Positions 10,147 to 21,100 of a stretch of DNA of 64,000 bases are shown piece after piece. The position numbers and the translations under genes were made by a program. Positions within the stretch are counted from its first letter, which is position 1; every line of letters starts with the position of its first letter. Source of the DNA: a virus; IMG/VR virus record IMGVR_UViG_3300049491_000357, positions 22,839 to 86,838 of that record. One strand, 5' to 3'. The notes beneath the pieces are model-generated. The model did not search any database. It was not told the origin of the DNA and saw only the letters and a program-made list of their open reading frames with translations.

Positions 10147-13100
10147 TCAGTCCACTTCAGAGTAAGTGATCGTCAATTCCCCTAGGCTCAAGAACTCGAC
10201 TGCTGCTGCTGCGAAGTCCTTTGCCCCCTTGTCTCCACGAACGACATAGGAACACGCATAGCTGTGGTTGCCCGGGTCATCTGGGGGAAGAACGGTAGCC
10301 ACCAAGGCCACAACGATGTGATTGGCGGTTCGACGAAGCCTTTCAGCCGCTCTGGCTTCAGGGGTCGTAAATCCAGCAGCCGTGAGGGTTGCATCGTCTG
10401 AGTAGCCATTGATGACCGCACCATCAGCTCCAATGATGTATGCCTGATTTGGCCCCGATGCCACGGACGTAAGAACCGAGGCCATCGTCATAGCCACATC
10501 GTCTTGGAAGACCCCGTGGTGCTCAGTTGGGAGCCCACCCCCATCTGTCGTTGGGCTAGTCAATGGGTTGGTAAGGATGTACGCCCTTTGAGCCCCAATA
10601 TCAAGCGTTGCAAGACGAACGTGAGTCGAAAGGATCCCCTCTCGGATACGACGACTCCCATCAGAGTAGGCCATCTTAGCCAGGGGCACAATCTCGAAAT
10701 CAACTCCTGCGGAGGAGTCCACAGCGTTGATCACATCAGACTGGGCGGCACCCTGACCAATGAGTCTCTTGTCGAGATCGATCGAGACATTTGAACGAAT
10801 CCCAGGGTCTGTGCGGTCTTTCGTTGCCCCCTTCAAAAGCTGAACGGTGGTTTCAATGTCAATCGGATTGTCGATTGTTTGCTTCACCAAAACATCAGCC
10901 GTGACGTGACGTCGGACATTGACGACCTGCTGAAGCTGCTGGAGAAGGTCGTTGATGACGTACGTGACGTTGAAGTTTTCGTCGTGTACGTAGTCCACCG
11001 ACACTAGCTGACCGTTGGCGATAACAGAGCTAGCCGTTCGAACAATCTTGGCAGGCTTGGTGGCCGTTCCCTCCACGATGTCGAAGTCCGGGAGAGTCGT
11101 TTCTGGGCCGTTGTACTCAACCGTACGTGCCTGATTGAAGACCCTGATGGTCTTCGTGTTGATGCCGATCGAGTCAAGAGGCTCCTGGACGAAGCCAATC
11201 AACACGTGTTGTTCGTCGTTGACCGTAAACTGAGAACCCGAAGGCTTCCCAGCAAATTGCGTCACCTGGAGGTAGTCTTTGGCGATTGTGCTCTCACCCT
11301 CAAGAAGCGGGTCTTCTGTCTTGTACAGCAGATAGTTCGAGTTTGGGACGAGAGGGCCAGAAACAGCCCCCACCACAGAGACAACCCTGCGTACTGGTTG
11401 GAAGGTGAAGAAGAACTTGTTGATAGACCGGAAACGGTAGTCCGCCAATATGACGTCATCGATGAACGTCACCGGTTGGGGGATAGCCGTGTTTATCCTG
11501 AAGGTGTTGTAGTCAAGGATGATCACACCTGTCAGGTCGTAATCTGCCCCAAGTGTTGCGTTTCTGACCCCAAGACCTTGAGCCGGGTTGTTCAAGATCT
11601 CGATGATCGGATTCTGCGGCGTCACCCGAGAGTCGAGTACTCGGAATGTCAACGTCAACAGATCGATAACCTGACACAGGATGTCGCGAGCGATCTCGAA
11701 CTGGAAAGCAAAGTTCTCCGTGATTGTGCGTTCTCGGAGGCCCTGCACCCACAGGTCAACCTTGCCCCCAATGTGCTTCTTTCGAATCGGGTCCCAGTCA
11801 CGCATCATGAGCGAGTCCCCAGACTTCACGACTTTGGCCTTGATGATGCCACTCTGCTCAGCAGCCGTTTGGTAGTACCCACCTTCAGTGCCCGTGTCGA
11901 CCGAGGCAAAAGAAAGGATACACCATGCCGCTAGTTCGGCATTGGACTGGATGTCCGTACCAAAGACTGTGGCTTCGGTGTTCTTGACCAGCACCCCAGG
12001 GATGTTGATCGACTTGATCGATCCTGCTGGGCGGTTGCCGTTTTCTCCGATGGCTTCTGCCGATATGTCGACAGTCAGCTCATACAACTTGGTGTTGAAG
12101 TTGTAGTACGCATCCGCGTTAGCGGCGGAGATGATGTAGGACCCCCCGATGCGAAAGCGAACCGCTGGGAGGTTGTTTACTGTGTCGGTCTCGGTCGATA
12201 CGAACGAGCCCGCGGGGATAGGGATGTCAGCAGTCGGTCGGGTAGGGGTGTAAACAACTGCTTGCCCTACAGCAGCCCGTCCGGGGAGTCTGTCCTTGTT
12301 GACGTTTTTGGCCAGCTTGTCAAATTGCTGGTTGATGAGGTTTTGCGTTGCCTCATCGCTCGTGTACCCGACCGCAGCTCGAAGAGCGGTCTTGTAGGAC
12401 GACGCCGAAACAGGGTCCGAAATACCATCCCCATTGGCATCATCAATCTGAAGGAGAGTCAGGAAGCTCTGGCTACGATGGATGAAGTCAAGCAAGAACC
12501 AAAGACGATCCGCCTCCGACGAGAAAGGATCGATCGAGACATCACGCGTGGTCGAACCTGGGTTCAACGTGATAGCCTGATTGACTCTCACGATCGCGGT
12601 CACATAGTCCGTGACGATCTGAAGTCGTTGACGACTTGGAAGGTCTCGGATGCTGGTATCCAGCGTGAGAGGGGTCCCCAACACCTCTTGTGAGTAAGGG
12701 GTCTCTATCTCCTGTGATGTCGAGGGGTCGAAGTAAACCCCGGTGAAGACATAGTAGAGAGGGAGGGCAGAGTTGACGTTGACGAATTGATCGGAGTTGA
12801 TGATCCCAGCCCCGCCAGCACGATCATGCACAAACTTCGAAAACTTGGTGATGACGTAACTCTCGACAGTCGAGGTGAAACGAATGCTGTCGAAATAGGC
12901 GCTCACATCCTCGACAACATCGAGACGTGTGCCGAGGACATTTTCGAACTCGTCCTCTTCCTGCACCACAATACGAAGGTTTTGGAGCTTACCGTCACTC
13001 CAAGTGGTCTTCTCTGTGGTCGTGGAGAGAACATCCTCTTCAAAGGTAGAGTCCGCCTCCGTGATGAGGCTCTCGTTGATCCGGAAGTACCCCGTTGTCC

Positions 13101-13596
13101 CACCAGGCGAGGACGACGCGTAGAGGTTGAACCCTAGAAAGTCAGGGGTCGCAGTGATATTGCCCGAAGACCCACGGATTGGGAGAGGGATGGCGGAAAG
13201 CAGCGTGACGGTATTGCGGTTCCTACGAGCCCTAATCCCGCTAGGAATCTGAACCCCTACAAGCGAGATCTCCCGGACACGGGTAACGTTTACCGTAGCC
13301 GCAGGTGAGATCTTGCCAAGGATGTCAATGACCCGAAACTGAATGGTATTAACCCCAAGATCAAGGAGTTGCCCCTCAGGGTAGACGTTGGGGTTAGGGA
13401 AAGTGAACTTGTCGAGGTCCAGTTTGATGAGGTTAGGGTCTGTGACAAAGGCGCCCCCATTAACACTCACCTGGATGGTAGCGATGTTCAGCTCGACTTT
13501 ACCGTAGACAAAGATTGCCTCCTGGTTCGTCGAAAAGACGAGATTTGTAGTATAGCCGGAGCTATCGCGAAATTGGATTTGCGGTGTAGTGGCCAT
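10147..13596 (-). CDS. Baseplate J-like wedge protein (extended)
   Basis: 1149 aa; PGSTTRD, RLPGRAAVG, IPAGSFV, GENGN.PAGSI, GTD.QSNAEL, GGKVDLWV motifs. Confidence 0.85.
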   Translation of the reverse strand: MATTPQIQFRDSSGYTTNLVFSTNQEAIFVYGKVELNIATIQVSVNGGAFVTDPNLIKLDLDKFTFPNPNVYPEGQLLDLGVNTIQFRVIDILGKISPAATVNVTRVREISLVGVQIPSGIRARRNRNTVTLLSAIPLPIRGSSGNITATPDFLGFNLYASSSPGGTTGYFRINESLITEADSTFEEDVLSTTTEKTTWSDGKLQNLRIVVQEEDEFENVLGTRLDVVEDVSAYFDSIRFTSTVESYVITKFSKFVHDRAGGAGIINSDQFVNVNSALPLYYVFTGVYFDPSTSQEIETPYSQEVLGTPLTLDTSIRDLPSRQRLQIVTDYVTAIVRVNQAITLNPGSTTRDVSIDPFSSEADRLWFLLDFIHRSQSFLTLLQIDDANGDGISDPVSASSYKTALRAAVGYTSDEATQNLINQQFDKLAKNVNKDRLPGRAAVGQAVVYTPTRPTADIPIPAGSFVSTETDTVNNLPAVRFRIGGSYIISAANADAYYNFNTKLYELTVDISAEAIGENGNRPAGSIKSINIPGVLVKNTEATVFGTDIQSNAELAAWCILSFASVDTGTEGGYYQTAAEQSGIIKAKVVKSGDSLMMRDWDPIRKKHIGGKVDLWVQGLRERTITENFAFQFEIARDILCQVIDLLTLTFRVLDSRVTPQNPIIEILNNPAQGLGVRNATLGADYDLTGVIILDYNTFRINTAIPQPVTFIDDVILADYRFRSINKFFFTFQPVRRVVSVVGAVSGPLVPNSNYLLYKTEDPLLEGESTIAKDYLQVTQFAGKPSGSQFTVNDEQHVLIGFVQEPLDSIGINTKTIRVFNQARTVEYNGPETTLPDFDIVEGTATKPAKIVRTASSVIANGQLVSVDYVHDENFNVTYVINDLLQQLQQVVNVRRHVTADVLVKQTIDNPIDIETTVQLLKGATKDRTDPGIRSNVSIDLDKRLIGQGAAQSDVINAVDSSAGVDFEIVPLAKMAYSDGSRRIREGILSTHVRLATLDIGAQRAYILTNPLTSPTTDGGGLPTEHHGVFQDDVAMTMASVLTSVASGPNQAYIIGADGAVINGYSDDATLTAAGFTTPEARAAERLRRTANHIVVALVATVLPPDDPGNHSYACSYVVRGDKGAKDFAAAAVEFLSLGELTITYSEVD

Positions 13597-13599
13597 ACA

Positions 13600-14739
13600 T
13601 CATCCAGTGAGTGCGTACTTCTGAAGGGATTCTCGGAAAATCCCTTGAGCCTGGGTGGACCCAAGAAGGTCGTGGGGCAGAGGGACCCTGACCCCGCGAT
13701 CAATCTGAACGGGCTTCTGGGACCTGTTCTGTACAGTGGTATTGATGAAAATGACCGTGGGGTCTTGCTGGCTTTGTTGTAGGTCAACCGCCAGCAGACG
13801 AAAGGGAAACTCTTCGTCTGTAACGATTTGGCCCACAGCATCTTCCTGCTGCCGCTTGATGCTTTGCCACCGATTGAAAGCTGTGTAGATATCCGACACG
13901 ATGGTGTTCTGAAGGATGCCCCCCATCGTGAGCTTCTTACCGATTGACTCGGAAATGATCGTCCCATACCAGGTGTAGAATGGGTTCGTGCCTCGGACTG
14001 TGTAGAAAAGTTTGAGGTGCTCTTGGATGAGGAGCGCTTCGTCCGTTACCTGGATAACCTCCCCTGTAGTCCCGTAAACCCAGTCGTTCTCAACCCCCAG
14101 CCCACCACAACGACGGCACTCCTGCTGAAGTGTCACGTAGTTGATCTCAGCGTAGTCCCCAAACCCCTTCAAGGGCTCGTCAAATACAATGAGGCGTGTG
14201 GGTCGATCAAGGAGCGTGTTGGGGTCGTTAATCAACGTCCACCCCGGTACTACCTGCTTACCTCGCCAGTGTCTGGTGGTGGGGATCCCCAGAACAGACG
14301 CCAAAGGGGAGTCGGAGGGGATAAAAGCCGTTGCTTGTTTCCCCTCGCGGTCGGTTTGGAATCCTACCCTACGTTCATCGACGAAGAACTGGGCCCCACG
14401 AATCTGAGCTGAAAGTTGGGCCACAATCAGCTCGGGGGTGATCTTCAAACCCCCGTTGATGACCGCCACCTGCATCGGACCCTCATTGACCTGAATCCGG
14501 AATGTATCCGAGACCCCTGTTTGAACCTTGTAGGGGCCCTCTTTCGATCCCACCGTACGGGCTGGCGTAGCAACCCCCGGAGAAGGCACAGTGATCGCGC
14601 TGTTCAACCGAACCTCAACCGAGTTGGAAGAGGAAATCGGTCGTAGAGGTTGCACCACAGTACCTGAGGCATCGAGGTAGATTGCTTCCTCGACAACCCG
14701 ATGAGGGCAGACCTGGTCCAGCTTTCGATCGTAGCTCAT
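13600..14739 (-). CDS. Baseplate wedge/sheath initiator with C-terminal gp25-like domain
   Basis: C-terminal LIQE.LK...TVRGTNPFYTWYGT; CPH and CRRCGG motifs; precedes baseplate J. Confidence 0.75.
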   Translation of the reverse strand: MSYDRKLDQVCPHRVVEEAIYLDASGTVVQPLRPISSSNSVEVRLNSAITVPSPGVATPARTVGSKEGPYKVQTGVSDTFRIQVNEGPMQVAVINGGLKITPELIVAQLSAQIRGAQFFVDERRVGFQTDREGKQATAFIPSDSPLASVLGIPTTRHWRGKQVVPGWTLINDPNTLLDRPTRLIVFDEPLKGFGDYAEINYVTLQQECRRCGGLGVENDWVYGTTGEVIQVTDEALLIQEHLKLFYTVRGTNPFYTWYGTIISESIGKKLTMGGILQNTIVSDIYTAFNRWQSIKRQQEDAVGQIVTDEEFPFRLLAVDLQQSQQDPTVIFINTTVQNRSQKPVQIDRGVRVPLPHDLLGSTQAQGIFRESLQKYALTG

Positions 14740-15476
14740 ACAGTCTCTCCTGGATCAATCGCCCCTGTGGTGCCTGTGTCTCTACCGTAAAGGTCATCTG
14801 GAGCACGATCAGGTCCAGCAGCATATGGTTTGAAGGGAGCGTAGATTTTCTTCCCCATCGCATCCTTGCCCTTGTCATCGTAGATGGCCCGATAGACAGG
14901 ATCGTTGATAAGGTCGGTGATAAGCTTGAAAACGTTTTCAAACGACCCCTCTACATCGCCTGCCGAAGCAACAAGAGTCAAGTAGTTGATCTCATCCTCA
15001 AGTTGCTCAGCATAGTCGACCGCCTTTCGGATCTTGTGTTCTAGGTAGTCCCTGCGAAAGTCGATCGTGTCATCCAGCCAAGCTCTTGCGTTTTCCATCA
15101 GCTCAGCAGACTTAGCGTCAGCCAGACCAGGCTTAGGCAAAACCTCCCCATTGGAGAGGAGCTGAGCAGGCGTCCCTTCGTCCCCAGCAAGCAGGTAGAC
15201 CGCTTGTGCTTTTGACCTGATGTTGAGGTCAAAGAACGGGTCACCCCCCAGGACTTCGTATGCCGCCACCAGTTTTCCGATGTAGCTGGTGTCGTCAGGA
15301 ACATATGTGGTGGGGACACCCCCTGAATCGAAGGCAAAGGCAAGAGAACCCACCCGAGTCTGCTCAAAAGCCAAGTGGTTGATCCTACCCGCCAAATCGG
15401 CCTTCTGGGCACGTGCGAACGCCACAAACCGTGTGAACAGGCTCGAATTGAACGTTCCCTTAAAATCCCAAGCCAA
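14736..15476 (-). CDS. Hypothetical protein (baseplate cluster)
   Basis: 246 aa, TTG start with GAGGAG SD, ATGA overlap with next gene. Confidence 0.7.
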   Translation of the reverse strand: MAWDFKGTFNSSLFTRFVAFARAQKADLAGRINHLAFEQTRVGSLAFAFDSGGVPTTYVPDDTSYIGKLVAAYEVLGGDPFFDLNIRSKAQAVYLLAGDEGTPAQLLSNGEVLPKPGLADAKSAELMENARAWLDDTIDFRRDYLEHKIRKAVDYAEQLEDEINYLTLVASAGDVEGSFENVFKLITDLINDPVYRAIYDDKGKDAMGKKIYAPFKPYAAGPDRAPDDLYGRDTGTTGAIDPGETV

Positions 15477-15517
15477 GGCTGAACTCCTCGGTAATAGTAA
15501 GCGTACAAGTGGGATCG

Positions 15518-17857
15518 TCAGAATATCGCCGAAAAGGCAGCCTCAAATGCAGCGACATCGACAGCTAGGTAAGCCAACGTGATGCTGGCTGTGTAGCCGC
15601 TTGGCCCAGAGGGGGGCTCGTTTTGAGCCACGTCCAGTGCATCGAACCACTGCCCCACATCTCCGGTGAGCCCCGTCACAGACAAGAAGTAAAAGCCAGC
15701 GGAAAGGCTCTCGATGTAGTTCAGGATTTCAATGAGGAACTGAATGAACCGCTCAAGCACATCAATTTTGCGGATCAACAACTCAATAAACGCCTTCAGC
15801 TCCTCAATGACCCCCTTGAAGGCATCATACAGGGCTTGGATTTTGGCCAATAGGTCATAGAGCAGTTGGCCTGACCAAGGCAAGATATCCCGAAGAAGGC
15901 TGAGCTGGATCCAGTTGGGAGGGACACCCTGGTACCCCAGAGCCAACAGGTAGTTTACAGCTCGTAGGACATTCTTACGGACGATGGGGTCACTGAAGGC
16001 TGACCCATAGGTTGCTGCGGTGTTTTGGTCTACTGTTGAAGTCCCAAACACATCGGTTGAGAACACATCCGTCTCAAGTGCTGCTGAAGCGGCCTTTCCA
16101 ACAGCGCTCTGTTCGAAGTCAACCTTCGTCAAAGCAAAGACAACTTGCTCCAAGGTAGTCAGACCAGTGAGCGTTCCTCCTGTGGTCGGCACACCGGCAG
16201 GCAGATTATTCTGCATGAGTTGCCGGAAATTCTCCGCGAGGGTCGAGTCCACCTCAAGGAAGACTCCCGCGAACTTCACCGCAAGACGTGCCGCTGCGTA
16301 CCGAACTCTTTTCAACTGCCAAGGCATCTGGGGTAGTTGACCCGTTGCCGGGTTCGCAACGTACTGTACAGACCCCAACTGGCCATCCAGGTCAATGACG
16401 GGCACCGAGGTGTAAGATCCAAGGGCCCCCGCCAAAGTGGTCAGGGAGTTCCGGCCGATGTCCGTAGTGGTCAGCGGAGGGAGAGGATCACCGTTGGCCG
16501 CAAACTGCGGCTTATACACAGTGTACCCCTGGGCATCCAAAACGTCATGCCCCAAAGCGTCCTTCAAAGGTGTTGCTGGGGGGAGAGGGAGATGGAAGTT
16601 GAGACTGAACGCGGTCAAGAAGAGGCGCCGAAGGACCTCAACCACATCGAACTTGGGATTGAACTTGGGTACCTTACCCCTGACGATCGGGGAAGGTCGA
16701 CCAACAATGACGGGATCATTGGGGTCTTTGGACGGCCACTCAAAGTACAACGTACCCCCATCGTTCATATTGGGGGTGATAGCGGTCAAGGGGTAAGAAA
16801 GACTCCCAATCGAAGCATTTTCAGCGAAAGACAAATTACCGCTGTATGCCCTGACACGATAGAAGTAGGTCTTGTCCACTTCGACATTGGTGTCGATGAA
16901 GCGGAATGTCCCGAGTTGACCCAAGAAGAACGAAGCAGGGTTGTTTCCAGGGGAGATAACAGCATACGCCTGGAATTTAATGAAGGGGTCCCCGTTTTGG
17001 TCCTTGACTTTGACCTTCCTTGGGATCTGTTTGTTGGCAGGCACCCCAGGAGCTGGACGAGGATTGATGAACCCCGTCATCACAGTCCCAGTGACTTGGC
17101 CCGCCTCAGCCGGGTCTCCAATCTGATCTGAACGAACCTCGTTGTTAAGAGGGATCGCCGAACGTTCAATGAGCCACTTAGGGGGAAAGAATTCTTGAGA
17201 TAGTTCTGTGGCCAACCCCTGGAAGGCAGGGTCAGCGGACGGTAGATTCGTCGGCAAAGACCACTCAATCGCCAGAGCCTTTACCTGATTCTTGAAGACC
17301 TTGGTGACGGCCAAGATTGGGTCACCCTTCTCCCCAACTGGAACCACCCTGACATTCGAGGGTGGTTGGTACTTGGGCTTCAAGAACTCCTGCCCGAAGA
17401 AGCGGAGGAGGATTTTAACCAGGGCAATCAGCTTAGCAGGGCCGTTAGCATCCGCGACGATGACAACGTATCCGCCCTTGAGTGCCCCCGCGATGGGTTG
17501 CGGGCGGTTAAAGTCCTGAGCATCAACCAACGACCCCTTCCATCGGAGTTTGAACCGTTGGAAACCACCTGCATGCCGAAGAAGCTTGGGGTCGAGAAAC
17601 AGGTCTGGGGTATCGAACAGAGCGTAGATGCCTGTCCGCTTCAAGGCTTCGATGAGCGTGTTGATCAGATTGAGGAGAGCCTCAAGAAGGGTCTTGAGAG
17701 GATTCCCAAAGTCCTTCAAAAACGCCTTGACCGTCTCTAGAAACGTTTTGATGACCTCCAGGTAGACCAAGAGGGTCTCAAGGATATTCCTAGCCTTTTT
17801 GAGCAGATCCTTCCCAGGGACCTGAATCGCTAGAGACTTCCAAGCGGGACCAGCCAT
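15518..17857 (-). CDS. Virion structural protein with helical termini and FN3-like region
   Basis: 779 aa; amphipathic helices at both ends; FIDTNVEVDKTYFYRVRA FN3-like motif. Confidence 0.7.
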   Translation of the reverse strand: MAGPAWKSLAIQVPGKDLLKKARNILETLLVYLEVIKTFLETVKAFLKDFGNPLKTLLEALLNLINTLIEALKRTGIYALFDTPDLFLDPKLLRHAGGFQRFKLRWKGSLVDAQDFNRPQPIAGALKGGYVVIVADANGPAKLIALVKILLRFFGQEFLKPKYQPPSNVRVVPVGEKGDPILAVTKVFKNQVKALAIEWSLPTNLPSADPAFQGLATELSQEFFPPKWLIERSAIPLNNEVRSDQIGDPAEAGQVTGTVMTGFINPRPAPGVPANKQIPRKVKVKDQNGDPFIKFQAYAVISPGNNPASFFLGQLGTFRFIDTNVEVDKTYFYRVRAYSGNLSFAENASIGSLSYPLTAITPNMNDGGTLYFEWPSKDPNDPVIVGRPSPIVRGKVPKFNPKFDVVEVLRRLFLTAFSLNFHLPLPPATPLKDALGHDVLDAQGYTVYKPQFAANGDPLPPLTTTDIGRNSLTTLAGALGSYTSVPVIDLDGQLGSVQYVANPATGQLPQMPWQLKRVRYAAARLAVKFAGVFLEVDSTLAENFRQLMQNNLPAGVPTTGGTLTGLTTLEQVVFALTKVDFEQSAVGKAASAALETDVFSTDVFGTSTVDQNTAATYGSAFSDPIVRKNVLRAVNYLLALGYQGVPPNWIQLSLLRDILPWSGQLLYDLLAKIQALYDAFKGVIEELKAFIELLIRKIDVLERFIQFLIEILNYIESLSAGFYFLSVTGLTGDVGQWFDALDVAQNEPPSGPSGYTASITLAYLAVDVAAFEAAFSAIF

Positions 17858-17862
17858 ATCAG

Positions 17863-18114
17863 TAAGGACCCATACGTGAGCTTGTCCAGTTTCCGACGGA
17901 GAAGGTCAAGCTCTGCATTCGAGACCTCGATCGTGCCCCGAACCACTTCCTTCAGTTTCGTGTGGATGCCAAATTCGTTCTTGAACTGCCATTGAGCCCG
18001 TGGGGGGTCGGCATTTTCTTCCGAGCCCGATCCCTCCTCCGTTACGGGAGGGATCTTTTCGGTGTCTGGAGACTCGTCCTCCAATGTGGGATCTTCTGGG
18101 CCACTCATCGTCAC
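17863..18114 (-). CDS. Small acidic/coiled-coil hypothetical protein (ends at TTA)
   Basis: Ends KLDKLTYGS then TTA 17863-17865, 5 nt before ATG 17857; start 18114 (GTG) or 18108 (ATG). Confidence 0.6.
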
Positions 18115-21100
18115 ACCGTTGTCTGCACTGAAAGGATCTTCAAAAGGTCGTTGTACAGTTTGGTTGTAGCCGCAATGCGGTTAGCCACAGCGCGCTGGAT
18201 GACATACAAACTGCCTGTTTCAAGATTCGTTCTCGCGTCAATCCAAGCATACCTCTTGTCGTAGAGCTTGTCTCTAGTTTTCACGATGGCTTCAACTTTG
18301 ACGACAGGAGAGGCTGTGGGGCTGGTTACCACTGCGGTTCGGGCCGCCACCGCTGCCGCCCGTACGGGCAAGGTAGTCGAAGACAAGGGGTTTGCGTAAA
18401 TGAAGGGGTCGATAACCCCAGGAGGGACGAAGACATTGGTTGTAGCAGTGATGATCCCCAAAAAGCTCTGTGTGTCAGACGAAAAAGACTGAGCATCCGC
18501 TCGGATTTGGAAGAGGTCTTGAAGGGCCAACAGGCCCACCCCAAGAGTCTGCACGATGCGGTAGGTCACAGGACCAACGACAGGGAACGGGGTCGTTATG
18601 GTGAGCTGGGTGGGAGAAACGACAGAGTCCACCTGATAGAAGCCTGCATCAGCCCCCGTCTCAACGTAGACGAAGTGAGAAGCATTGACCCCAGCCGCGA
18701 TGAAGTCCTGAGAGAGATCCGTTAGCGTCGATCCGGCCACATTACCGGGATTGAGGGTCGGAGTAAGAAGATCCGTTAGCACCCCGTACGTTGTTGGAGG
18801 TAGAGGGTGCCCCTCAAAGAATCGGTCAATCGCGATGCTGACCGCATCTACAACAGACGGAGTGATGTCGTGGTCATTCACGGTGAGCACGTTAACCTCG
18901 GTCAACGTAGCCCCAGAAACCGCACTCCAGTTGGAGTAGGTGCACAGATGGTTCGACACACGATAATTCGTAGCCACCAAAAATGGCACGGGGTGGTCAA
19001 GCTGGAGTTGGGTGGGGGACAACCGAGCTACTACCTGACGGCGCACTCCGGCATTTGCTCCCGTCGTCAAAACCACCGTATGTCCAACCTGAATGGCAAC
19101 GCTCAACCCAGGGTCATCCAAGGTCGTGGCCGACGGAAACGTTGCCGTACCTGTAGCGAGGTTGGTGGTTGCTGTGATGACTGCATTTCCTACCGAGCTA
19201 GGATTCGGGAAAGCTGAGTCCACCGTGACGGTAGTGGGACCTACAGCCGTGATTCTACGGAAACCAGACCCTGCGTTTGGTCCGGTGATGAACTCCACCA
19301 GATCGAACACTTGAGGCAAGGGGGCCGGGAAGACACCCGTATAGGTCAAGACAGTGCCCGTCACCCCCACCGTAACACCCACAAGCGTAGTTGGAGTGGT
19401 AGTGTCCGACAGTACCGACGCGATTGCAGTGGCCTCTAGGGTGAGAGCAGAGACCTCTTGGGTAGGAGCGGGGCTCAGGATTGGGATGCTTTGATCATTG
19501 CAGTCAGATCCAGTCCCCCCATACAAGGCCGGGAATTTGTACGGGGTCTTCGCAACCTGAAGGATCCCCACAGAGTCCATCTCTAGAAACTCGCCTGCGT
19601 TGGGAGTTTGGATCTGCAAAGGGGCAGGAACCAACGGGGTAGACCCGTCAAATGGCGGGTATGGCTTCACATAGATGAGCTGCCCCTCATTTGAGTCCAC
19701 CGCGATATCAAACCCCTGTCGATAGAGCTTCCAGTACACCGTGTCGGGGGTTAGTCCCGTATTGCAGAGGTAAACCGTTGCCCCACGAGGGATGGGGATA
19801 GGAAGAGGCCCTACCTGAATCCGTTCCGGGGAAGCTAGTACAGCAGTCACCGTCAGAGGGGTAGCATCGGAAATCAAGACGACCCCGTCACGATTCGTGA
19901 TGACCACCTTCATCCCGACAGCAAAGGAAGGCCGGAAGAACGTTGAGGTTCCTTGAGCGTTATCGACAAATAGCGTGGTGTCGCCCGTTGCAGCGTCAGA
20001 CGTGATGTGTGCTCTGGGGAGTCGTCGGTAGATCGTATCGGAAAGAGAAGTCAGAGACTTCTGGGCCAAGTCCTCGATCCTGTCTCCCGTGTTAGCTCCC
20101 GTGTTGGCCCCACCCGTAGTCACCCCAAAAAGATGGGCTTTGGCTGTTGGGTACAGACGAGAAAACCCGGAGGGCTGGTACAACGCGAGGTACGTGCCCA
20201 CATACGTTAGAGCCAGGGGCGGAAAGGTAAACGTGACTGGATAATCCGAGATTTTGAAGACGTCATCAATCTCGTTCGTCACCGTTGCGTAGGAGGTCCT
20301 AACCGGATTGGTGACGCTCCCATCAAAACGAAAACGACCATTCACATCCCCAATGATCCGACCGTCTTCGTCTTCGAGAACATCCTCAAGTCGATTCGTG
20401 TTGTCGTTGAAGAACTTGAGATATGACCGGCTCACATAGTCGACGTTAGCCATGTGTCCCTCAGTAAAGAACAGAGACTCTCGTCCTTGTTGGTACAACG
20501 TAGGGGTAGAGGCATTTGAGGTTGTAGGTCCACCAGAAGGGGAACTTCCTTGTGCACTCTGTTGCAACTCTTGCAGAACCTCCCCAGAGAAGTTCGTCAG
20601 AGTCTCAACCCGATAGTAGAAAGAGTCCTCTGAGACCAAGGAATAGTCAGCTTTGAGTATCTGTCCTTCCAGCCCGTTTGAACTAGAAGGTGTGATCAAA
20701 GCCACATAGCTTGCCCGCAAACGAACACCAGCTTGTACGATGCGGTACCCGGTGTACAGAATGCTCAAAGACTCGTTTACCCGAAGCGTCTGAGCATAGG
20801 TCAGCGTTCCGCTGGCATCGAGTTTGTACTCTGACGGGCTGGACAGGATTTCCCCTGGCTGCCCTTCAGTCCGCCTGAAGACCGTCACCACCTCAGACCC
20901 CAAGGGGACGTTCTTCGTGAAGGCTTGGGTCACCCCATCCTCAATGATGGGCCGCACAGACCGCTTCAAAATCATCGAGTTTGGCGTGTACTGCCGCAGT
21001 GCATTCTGAGTGAAAACGACCGTGGTTACGCCATCTTTGAACGTTGCCCCAGACACGTAGTAGAAGTCATACGTGGTAGCATTGTCCGTGAATAGTATGA